Source: Leptolyngbyaceae cyanobacterium (GTDB lineage Bacteria > Cyanobacteriota > Cyanobacteriia > Phormidesmidales > Phormidesmidaceae). Taken from it: a stretch of DNA of 64,000 bases. This document shows, piece by piece, positions 1 to 7,560 of the stretch. Each line of letters starts with the position of its first letter. Position 1 is the first letter of the stretch. Where the stretch lies: NCBI GenBank assembly GCA_050331235.1, contig JBHJHA010000046.1, positions 1 through 64,000 of the forward strand. Direction: 5' to 3'. The position numbers and the translations under genes were made by a program. The notes under the pieces are model-generated. The model searched no databases. It was not told the DNA's origin and saw only the letters and a list, made by a program, of their open reading frames with translations.

Positions 1-247
1 CTTCGCCAAGCCCAAGCGGAACATGAAAAATAGGCTGATGCGGCTGACGGACAAGCTCTTGGCCCGAAAGCGCGCCATCATTGAAACCGTGATTGACCAA
101 CTGAAAAATATTTCGCAAATTGAGCATTCCCGGCACCGCAGACCAACTAATTTCATGGTCAACCTCATCAGCGGCCTAATTGCCTACTGCCATCAGCCCA
201 AGAAACCAACCCGGCAACTCGAGTGGGCTTTGCCGGCTGCTGCTTAA
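1..247 (+). mobile_element. IS982-family transposase, 3' part (runs off window start); putative right end ACCCGAACTGAGGTTA at ~247-262
   Basis: C-terminal motif [24 protein letters not shown]...N...[12 protein letters not shown] typical of cyanobacterial IS982 transposases; ACCCGAAC terminal motif directly after the stop. Confidence 0.85.
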
Positions 248-262
248 CCCGAACTGAGGTTA

Positions 263-383
263 TGTATAGTCGTGATTCTGCTTGAAAACAGAACAGACAC
301 CAACGGTTCTCCGGCTTTAGACAATAGCCAAGCCCAAACAGCAAATCTGTCCAAGCAATGTCCAGACGTTTGCGGGGAATCAT
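263..383 (-). pseudogene. N-terminal remnant of a gene (MIPRKRLDIAWTDLLFG..., resembling the start of DegT/DnrJ-like PLP enzymes) abutting the IS982 end
   Basis: Protein-like N-terminus whose frame runs into the IS end; family assignment from memory of similar N-termini only. Confidence 0.35.
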
Positions 384-689
384 GGGCTGATAACTCGTAC
401 CTACTTAGTTCTGGCTAGTTGTTTGGTAGAGGAAAGTTTCTCCCTAAAATTCTGTTTTGATTAAACAGACTGGATGGTTCAGTATAGTCAGTATCTCAAT
501 TCCAGGCTAATCCAGTTTAGGGTTTGTTCACCAGGCTGATTGGTGTACTGCCAAGGCCATCTAAAAAAGACAGGAAAATTGCTAGCACATGCATATGACG
601 AACCTGGCCTAAACTGCGATGAAACGATATCAGGTCAGTGTTCAGTCGGATTGAGGAAAGATACAGAGCTCCTGGCTGCGATCGCTAGC

Positions 690-1448
690 CTAGCGTTTAT
701 GCTCAGGGCTGTTGAAGTCTGACTTACACCCAGCATCCCAAACATCGGGTTGATTGCCGTGGGCAGGAATGCCACCACTATCTTTGAGCATGCGGGCAAG
801 ATGCATACAGTTCCACGTTAAAAACGTGGTGTTGCGGTTGGTAAAATCATTCTCTGGTCCACCCGAACCGGCATCCAAATAAGAGGGACCGGGACCTACC
901 TCTCCTAGCCAACCGGCATCTGCTTGGGGTGGGATGGTGTAGCCAATGTGAGACAAAGAGAAGAGGATATTCATTGCACAATGTTTGATGCCGTCTTCAT
1001 TGCCGGTGATTAGCGTAGCCCCCACCTTGCCGTAGTCGCGATACTGTCCTTTGGCATTAAGTACATGGGTGTAGCCATACATGCGCTCCAGTACCCGGTT
1101 GCAAACAGAGCTTTTTTCCCCTAGCCAGACAGAGGTACACAGAACGAGAATGTCGGTCCCATCAATCTCTTTTTGAATTTGGGGCCAGTCGTCTTGATCC
1201 CACTCTGGGGTTTCAGACATATCTAGGCCCAAGCCAGCAGGAATCACATAATCGACGGGGCGTATCACCTGGGTCTGTACACCATTCGCCTCAAAAATTG
1301 TTTTCGCAATGTTGATAACGCCTTCGGTGTGGGAGAGTACTGGTGTTCGGTTCAGAGTGCAGTTCAAAAACAGCGCTCTGAGGTCGTTGTACTGGGTGGG
1401 TGGGGTGGTGCACTGTTGTTCGGTGATTTTGGCGAGTTGTTCTGACAT
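690..1448 (-). CDS. Flavodoxin-like / NAD(P)H-dependent FMN reductase family protein
   Basis: LNCTL..SHT, ILVLCTSVWLGEKSS, GNEDGIKH and HIGYTIPPQAD motifs of the multimeric flavodoxin family. Confidence 0.85.
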   Translation of the reverse strand: MSEQLAKITEQQCTTPPTQYNDLRALFLNCTLNRTPVLSHTEGVINIAKTIFEANGVQTQVIRPVDYVIPAGLGLDMSETPEWDQDDWPQIQKEIDGTDILVLCTSVWLGEKSSVCNRVLERMYGYTHVLNAKGQYRDYGKVGATLITGNEDGIKHCAMNILFSLSHIGYTIPPQADAGWLGEVGPGPSYLDAGSGGPENDFTNRNTTFLTWNCMHLARMLKDSGGIPAHGNQPDVWDAGCKSDFNSPEHKR

Positions 1449-1597
1449 GGTGGCTACCGTGACTTCGGTGATTAGAAGGACAAGTTATTTTGATAGTGCA
1501 TGAGAGCTCATCAAACCTGTGTGGCGGGTGAATATAGCATTTGGTCAGGATGTAACGATTCCAAGTTGGAGCTAACGATGCGCCCCAATTAGCTTGG

Positions 1598-2341
1598 TTA
1601 AACCGCTAACAGCACCAATCCATAGACGGCAGCTCCAACGCAAAAGAAGCCAAAGTGACTGGCTTGTTCCTCTGGCAGTTCCTCTTTCAGCACGTTGAGG
1701 ATGATACCGCCTGCCACCAAGGCCCAAATGGCAAGCACGGCTGCTTCATTGAGGTGAAAGGCTTCCCCCAAGGCCCATCCTAGAACGATCGCTCCGGCCA
1801 GTATCCATCTGCCAAGGCGGTCATATAAGGACTTATGGTGCTCTCGCAAACCGACATCATTAACCCCAAAGTGGAGTGCTAGGGCAAAGAACAGTAGCAG
1901 GCAGGCAACGAGCCCATGGTTTTCGGATTCTCGCAACAGGTATCCCAAAATCGCGTTGTAGATGGCAAAGGAAGTAATGTGTATCCAGAACACGCCGGCA
2001 TGGGTAGCATCTTCGGCGTGGGTATCTTGACGTTGGGCGCGCGATCGCAGGGCTAGTTTCTCCAACCCGTAAAACAGAGCGAGGCCAATCAGTGCTAATA
2101 GATACACATGGTTTTCCAGGTAGGCAATCATGCCAATCTGACTGTGCTGAATTTCTGCTTGGGCATGACTCAGCTCCGGCAAGATATCGAGAAAGATGTA
2201 GGCGATTGAGACCCCACCCGCGATCGAAATCCACCAACATTCAGGAATTTTGCTAAGCCACACAGTCTGGCTGGCAAAGATGTGAACTAGAGCCAAACAG
2301 ATTGCCAACGCTAAGCCGACAATGTTAATCCCAATCTCCAT
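1598..2341 (-). CDS. Multi-pass membrane protein, divergent ZIP-like fold
   Basis: ~8 hydrophobic segments; GGVSIAYIFLDILPEL, ALHFGVND and LNVLKEELPE resemble ZIP transmembrane signatures. Confidence 0.65.
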   Translation of the reverse strand: MEIGINIVGLALAICLALVHIFASQTVWLSKIPECWWISIAGGVSIAYIFLDILPELSHAQAEIQHSQIGMIAYLENHVYLLALIGLALFYGLEKLALRSRAQRQDTHAEDATHAGVFWIHITSFAIYNAILGYLLRESENHGLVACLLLFFALALHFGVNDVGLREHHKSLYDRLGRWILAGAIVLGWALGEAFHLNEAAVLAIWALVAGGIILNVLKEELPEEQASHFGFFCVGAAVYGLVLLAV

Positions 2342-2395
2342 GATGGCTAGCCGCTAAGTAAATTTGATGTTACAACCTCATTACAAGCTGTAAGC

Positions 2396-2444
2396 ATTAG
2401 CCTAAAAGGCCTTTCAGGCTAATACTGCCTGAAAAAATCAGCCT
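2396..2444. promoter_or_regulatory. 28-bp near-perfect palindrome plus an additional GCCTGAA..TCAGCC site in a divergent promoter region
   Basis: ATTAGCCTAAAAGGCCTTTCAGGCTAAT (2396-2423) is self-complementary at 26/28 positions; GCCTGAAAAAATCAGCCT follows at 2427-2444. Confidence 0.5.
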
Positions 2445-2566
2445 ATTGTTAGGAAAATGGCTGCCGGTTGCTAAAGGTGTTAGAAAATGCTGGGACTTGG
2501 CTGCAGATCGGCTATGACAGCCCACTCATCTCTTAGGATCGCCGTGTAAACAAACAGGAATCGGAG

Positions 2567-3919
2567 ATGCTTGCGGAAGATGCCCTGGCCTTGCTTGATC
2601 GCCTCTTGCCGACGCCCCTCAGCAACTTACAAGAGACGGTCTTTTGTCAGGTTTGGGAAGACAAAACCTATGCTGAAATTGCTGACGAATACAGCTACGA
2701 ACACAGCTACATCCGGGATATTGGCTTTCGACTATGGCAAATGCTGTCTGAGGCTTTGGGCGAAAAAGTCTCCAAAAGCAATGTCAAAGCAGTACTCGGT
2801 CGACATGCCCGGACCCAAGCAAAAGCGCCCCGCCAGGTTACGCCCCCAGCTGCTGATACCGCTCCCCTTCACCCCTTAACAAGAGCTACGGTTGAGTTTC
2901 CCAATGGTCCAGTACCACTCAATTCCCGCCTGTATATCGGGCGGCCTCCCATCGAAGCCCGTACCTTTGCAGAGGTGCTCAAACCCGGTAGCTTGATTCG
3001 GCTGAAAGGACCTCGACAAATGGGCAAAACATCTTTGCTGAAGCGTATTCTCCACCATGCCAAGTCCCACGGCATCGAGGTAGTACCCCTCAGTCTGCAC
3101 CGGGTCGATCAGGTGACGCTGCAAGCCTTGGACCCGTTTTTGCGTTGGTTTTGTGCCAATGTAAGCTACCAACTCGGTATTCCGCCCCGACTCGATGACT
3201 ATTGGAATGCAGATATTGGGAGCAAAGTCAGCTGCACTCTTTACTTTGAGGAATATCTGCTGAAGCAGCTACAACAGCCCATCGTGATCGCCCTGGATGA
3301 AGTCAGCGAGCTGTTTCAGTTCTCACAAATTTCCGCTGAGTTTTTACCGCTGCTGAGATCGTGGTATGAAGACGCCAAGGAAATTGAAGAATGGCGAAAA
3401 ATTCGCTGGATTCTTTCCCATGCGACGGATATCTATGTGCCCCTCCAGATTAAGCAATCTCCTTTTAACGTTGGGCTGTCCATTCCCTTACCAGAGTTTT
3501 CGATTTTCCAAATTCAAGACTTAGTCGAACGACATGGTTTAGAAGATCTCCTCGGAGCTGACGGGATGAGCACGCTGATGCCACTTCTTGAGGTCATCAG
3601 CTGTCGTCCCGGCTTAGTCCGATTAGCGCTCTATCACCTCAGTCAGCAACACATGGGTGTCCAAGAGCTAATTGCCCATGCCCATACTCAGTCGGGTATT
3701 TACAGTGACCACTTGCGCCACTTATTAGCGGCTATTCACCCTTACAAAGAGTTGCAATCTGCATTGTTGAAGGTCATTGGGGCGCAGGAGCCCATTGAGT
3801 TGCAACCCATAATTGCGTATCGCCTAGAGAGTATTGGTCTGATTAAATTAGAAGGCAATCGCGCTACGGTGAGTTGCGGCCTCTATGGCCAGTTTTTCTC
3901 GCAATATTTGTCTCAGTGA
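2567..3919 (+). CDS. N-terminal winged-helix + AAA-like (AAA_35) P-loop NTPase
   Basis: LSNLQETVF..W..KTYAEIA..Y...YIRDIG..LW..LS..LGEKVSK wHTH; Walker A GPRQMGKTS; Walker B IALDEV; SPFNVG motif. Confidence 0.85.
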   Translation: MLAEDALALLDRLLPTPLSNLQETVFCQVWEDKTYAEIADEYSYEHSYIRDIGFRLWQMLSEALGEKVSKSNVKAVLGRHARTQAKAPRQVTPPAADTAPLHPLTRATVEFPNGPVPLNSRLYIGRPPIEARTFAEVLKPGSLIRLKGPRQMGKTSLLKRILHHAKSHGIEVVPLSLHRVDQVTLQALDPFLRWFCANVSYQLGIPPRLDDYWNADIGSKVSCTLYFEEYLLKQLQQPIVIALDEVSELFQFSQISAEFLPLLRSWYEDAKEIEEWRKIRWILSHATDIYVPLQIKQSPFNVGLSIPLPEFSIFQIQDLVERHGLEDLLGADGMSTLMPLLEVISCRPGLVRLALYHLSQQHMGVQELIAHAHTQSGIYSDHLRHLLAAIHPYKELQSALLKVIGAQEPIELQPIIAYRLESIGLIKLEGNRATVSCGLYGQFFSQYLSQ

Positions 3920-4150
3920 ATGCCGACTCGTCCTGTCCTGCCTCAAGTAGCGCAGATATAGCTTTGCTGATCTGGAGAAACCAATGAAACGATGGCGTGA
4001 TATGACGCTTTTGACGTCGTCTAATGCTGTCTGTGACTCTATGACCGACTTATCAAGCTCGCTACACCGTCAGAACGGATATGTCTGTATGCCTGCACCG
4101 ACGAAAGTGCTTCCTCTGTAAGTAGTCTAGTCAGCACCCCACGAATAATG

Positions 4151-5293
4151 TCATTGCTCTCTCTGAAAAATATTTTGGTTTAGCGATTTTCCCGTCTCTT
4201 GATTAAGAGTTGAGAGCAGACTAAAGCCTCCTAAAACGACTGCAGCAGCCCACATGCAGCCGTCAATCAGTAGGGAGGTTGTACCTTTCACAGAAGGTTT
4301 GATAAAGGATGCTGTTCCACTGCCATTTAACCTTAGGGCAAGGTGTATGGCTCCGACAGCCATCGCAAAGACTAAAGCACCTTTAATGAGGTTTGAAAAC
4401 AAACTGCCATACCTCAATCTACCTTCTCGTAGAAGTGGATATAGGAAGAAACAAGAATAGACAGGAATGTGATGACTAAATGGAATATTCAGAATCAAGA
4501 GATTAGCCAAATGAAATATACAGGCCATTAATAACCAAGCTTTCCAAAAACGTGCTCCAGCGAGCAAGCATAAAAAAGGTGTAAGCTCTAAAAAAACAGC
4601 AGAATAGTCCATTAGCTCTAGGAGCCAAGAGGGAATGTAGAAAACAAAGTCTGATAAGAGAAACTGTCTGCCGATGTTGAAATAGCCTGGGTAGAACCAA
4701 CTAAGAAATCCATTCGTACTTAAGTCGAAGTCAAGCCAGTTTTGATATTTCTCATAGCCTGCTGTAAACATTCCGAACGATAAGATAATACCTAGCATCG
4801 CTAGAGCTGTTTTATGAGATCGCACGGTTTTTTCCGGTAATAAGGCATTGTCAGTACCCCAGTTAGAAAAAGACATACACAGCAACGTTGCCCAGATCAT
4901 CACATCATGGTCAATTTTCCCAAAGCTGTATTGAAAAGACCTCCCAATCCAATATACAAGTACAAGCGCCAGCCCTGATATTCTTGAGCGAATTCCTACG
5001 GTAACAAACACCATGAGTAAGACGATCAATATATCTAAAGTGAAGAATAACGCTGGCGGAGGAAAGCCTGAAGCTAGCCTTGAAAAACTGAATAGCGGCG
5101 GATCGAAGAAGCTACCTGGAGCCTCCGAAATCCACCCGAAACTGGCTAAACCAAAGACCAGAAAATACAAACCAAAGAATATCCGAAAAATTGAGCTATG
5201 CCAAGTCGGCATGAATGTTGAACTTTGAATTCTGGTTAACAATGCCCCAATAAATTTATCTATTGATATGACAAGTCTATTAATAAAACTCAT
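4151..5293 (-). CDS. HTTM-domain (vitamin K-dependent carboxylase/SdpB-like) membrane protein
   Basis: FRIFFG N-motif, SFGKIDHD, FTAGYEKYQNW, FHLANLLILNIPF; many TM helices; AT-rich. Confidence 0.75.
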   Translation of the reverse strand: MSFINRLVISIDKFIGALLTRIQSSTFMPTWHSSIFRIFFGLYFLVFGLASFGWISEAPGSFFDPPLFSFSRLASGFPPPALFFTLDILIVLLMVFVTVGIRSRISGLALVLVYWIGRSFQYSFGKIDHDVMIWATLLCMSFSNWGTDNALLPEKTVRSHKTALAMLGIILSFGMFTAGYEKYQNWLDFDLSTNGFLSWFYPGYFNIGRQFLLSDFVFYIPSWLLELMDYSAVFLELTPFLCLLAGARFWKAWLLMACIFHLANLLILNIPFSHHIPVYSCFFLYPLLREGRLRYGSLFSNLIKGALVFAMAVGAIHLALRLNGSGTASFIKPSVKGTTSLLIDGCMWAAAVVLGGFSLLSTLNQETGKSLNQNIFQREQ

Positions 5294-5859
5294 AATTCAT
5301 AACGCTCCTCATCAACAATACCCTTTTCAAAAACTTCCCTTGAACCAATATCAACAGCCATGGTAGTCCTTCTTATAATAAAAAAATTCTCTTCACATCC
5401 TTGGCTGGCAAGCCTTTCCTTCAACCAAGCCTTTGTCTCCAAAATATTTTCGGCGCTCAAAGCAGTAGCTGGTGGCTTCATGTATTTGAAGCTTGGAAAA
5501 ATATTTTTTCTGAAGTTTACTTCCAACTCTTTACTGTTTTCTAAGCCAAACTTATTGTTTACAATCCTAGAAAAGTAGCGTGGCGGAATGGGATACATAA
5601 ACTCTGCAACGACCTGCTTTTCTAACTCATTAGTTTTTAGACTCTTACAATAAACACTTGTAGTGTTAAATTCAAAAGTGTTGCTATCAGTCTCTACTCT
5701 GCTAGCACCTGCAGGGAATATAATGGCTGGATAAGGCTCTTTATTGTGATTTAAATACTTAAACGTATATGGGAAAATAATGAGCATTCCCAGAAGAAGA
5801 GTTGCTGCAACGCGTCTGTATCTATCAATAAGTGATCTACCGTTTCTGCTTTCTTCCAT
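5290..5859 (-). CDS. Hypothetical single-TM protein, partner of the HTTM gene
   Basis: One N-terminal TM followed by EPYPAIIFP; stop overlaps the HTTM start (ATGA at 5293-5290); AT-rich. Confidence 0.7.
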   Translation of the reverse strand: MEESRNGRSLIDRYRRVAATLLLGMLIIFPYTFKYLNHNKEPYPAIIFPAGASRVETDSNTFEFNTTSVYCKSLKTNELEKQVVAEFMYPIPPRYFSRIVNNKFGLENSKELEVNFRKNIFPSFKYMKPPATALSAENILETKAWLKERLASQGCEENFFIIRRTTMAVDIGSREVFEKGIVDEERYEL

Positions 5860-6135
5860 ATTATGATGATGTACTTTATGAAACGACCGAAGCTGATTGA
5901 TTCAAGAATTAGCTTGCTAATGAGCACTATCCAGCAAACTAAGGCAAAACCTCAAAGTTGACGAGGCTTCACTTTATTTGCCTTAGTATGCCCATTAGAT
6001 CGTTGCCGTCAACAAAGGATTTAAAAGTCTGCTTTGTTTGAAGAAGAGATAAAGCCTTTTAAGATTAGTGGAATTAGTCTTTATCTTAGGAGCGTGCATT
6101 GTTGTATCGATAGAGAGCCATATGCTGATACCAAT

Positions 6136-6711
6136 TCAATTTGAGGATGCACTTAATACAGCATTGGTAATGAAGTCCCATCCCGTCACTGAGCGAATCA
6201 CGTCTTTGGTCATTTCTGACAAGACCTCTTGGACTCGCTGACGCAGCGCCTTCAGATTCTTGAAGATTTCCCACTGCAAAGGCGTCTTGAGATGTTTCCA
6301 GAAACGCTCAATCGGATTGACTTCGGGGGTATAGGCCGGTTGAAATAGCGGAATGATATTCTCCGGCCAGTCAATTTCCTGAGCCCAGTGAGCGCTGGCT
6401 TGATCCATCTGAACAACCACCACATCCTCCGCATAGCGAGCCGCAAACTGATGAATAAACTGCTCAAAGTGCTCACTATTGAGATGGTCAAATTGCTCAA
6501 AATAGCTCTCGCCCGTCAGGGGTTCGACCAGACCATAAAGCCAGAAGGTGGAACGTCCCCATTGATAGCGCCCTTCCGGTTTGACGCCTTTCAGCGTAAT
6601 CACTCGCCCGCTCAGGGTCAGTAATCCCCAGCCGCTCTCGTCCTGACAAAAGTAGCGCAGGGGCGTGTCGGCTTCGACGAACTCTTGTAAGACCTCTAGA
6701 GCGAGGGGCAA
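6136..6711 (-). CDS. IS630 transposase ORF B (DDE domain), reached by a -1 shift at TTTAAAAAAAC
   Basis: FCQDESG, QMDQASAH and PAYTPEVNPIE catalytic motifs. Confidence 0.85.
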   Translation of the reverse strand: MPLALEVLQEFVEADTPLRYFCQDESGWGLLTLSGRVITLKGVKPEGRYQWGRSTFWLYGLVEPLTGESYFEQFDHLNSEHFEQFIHQFAARYAEDVVVVQMDQASAHWAQEIDWPENIIPLFQPAYTPEVNPIERFWKHLKTPLQWEIFKNLKALRQRVQEVLSEMTKDVIRSVTGWDFITNAVLSASSN

Positions 6712-7196
6712 GTTTTTTTAAACTGCTCAATCGTCCCAGGGGTCTGCTTGTGATGGCTGGGACGCGGCACTTTCAGCTTCGCGTTCAACTCGTAGCGCAC
6801 AATCCGATACACCGTTTTGTAGTCCACCTCCACCTGGCACTCCTGCCGCAACCATTGCCAAATCGCCTGATAACTGGAAAATCCGGTCGGTTCGGCTAAG
6901 CGCGCTTGAAGTTGTGCTATCACCTCAGGAGAAATGACCCGAGCGGCCCCTGGGGCCGTCTTAATCTCTAGCAACTGGCGAATGCCACCGGCTCGATAAT
7001 CGTTGAGCCAACGAGTCACCGTTGAGTCATCGCGATTGAGCAATTGTGCGATTTGTTGGCGACTGCTGACCAATCCACGCTTCAGCCAATACAGCATTTG
7101 CAGCCGTTCCTGTTGGCGGGCATCCGTTTCATGCTGTAATCGTTGCTCGAGTTCTTCGCCGCTTTCGGCGATCGTGATCGTCAACGGGCGAGCCAT
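6696..7196 (-). CDS. IS630 transposase ORF A (HTH domains)
   Basis: ERLQMLYWLK, STVTRWL..YR.GG, LKVPRPSH, ends at FKK. Confidence 0.85.
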   Translation of the reverse strand: MARPLTITIAESGEELEQRLQHETDARQQERLQMLYWLKRGLVSSRQQIAQLLNRDDSTVTRWLNDYRAGGIRQLLEIKTAPGAARVISPEVIAQLQARLAEPTGFSSYQAIWQWLRQECQVEVDYKTVYRIVRYELNAKLKVPRPSHHKQTPGTIEQFKKTCPSL

Positions 7197-7560
7197 CTCT
7201 GCTTTCCTCCAATACACCGGGCTTTAGGGTAGGATGCGCTCAGCTCTAAAAGGCTATTATTAAGCGCAGCGTTACAGAGTATTGGTATGAGAATGGAGAA
7301 AACAAGAAAAGTTCAAGTGACTGGCAGACGTTCCTGAGTACCTCGGGGCACCAGATGTTTGACTTCGACCGTAGCGTTTTTGGCTAATGGCTTTATCGCC
7401 TTGCCGAGCTCGGATGCTGTTGACACACCCCTTCCAAAAACAGCCCTATGTCAGATTTGAATTGTCATGAATACATAACCATAAATATTGCAAAGATCAG
7501 GTGGTACTTAAAGATCAAGCCAGGTACCACTAGCAATCAAAAGCCCGTTGACTCTATAAC

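Larger units (their letters stand above)
6129..7287 (-). mobile_element. Complete IS630-family element with two-ORF transposase
   Basis: Ends TACCAATTCAATTTG (6129) and reverse complement TACCAATACTCTGTAA (7287), each beginning with TA; HTH ORF plus DDE ORF. Confidence 0.9.

Noticed and set aside
5938..5990. AGGCAAAACC resembling the start of a c-di-GMP-I riboswitch
   Set aside because: No GAAA tetraloop or GACGCAAAG core follows, and it is on the opposite strand to the adjacent genes
5860..7560. SdpC-like precursor for the HTTM pair on either side of the IS630
   Set aside because: Only very short minus-strand ORFs found in the flanks; none has a signal peptide
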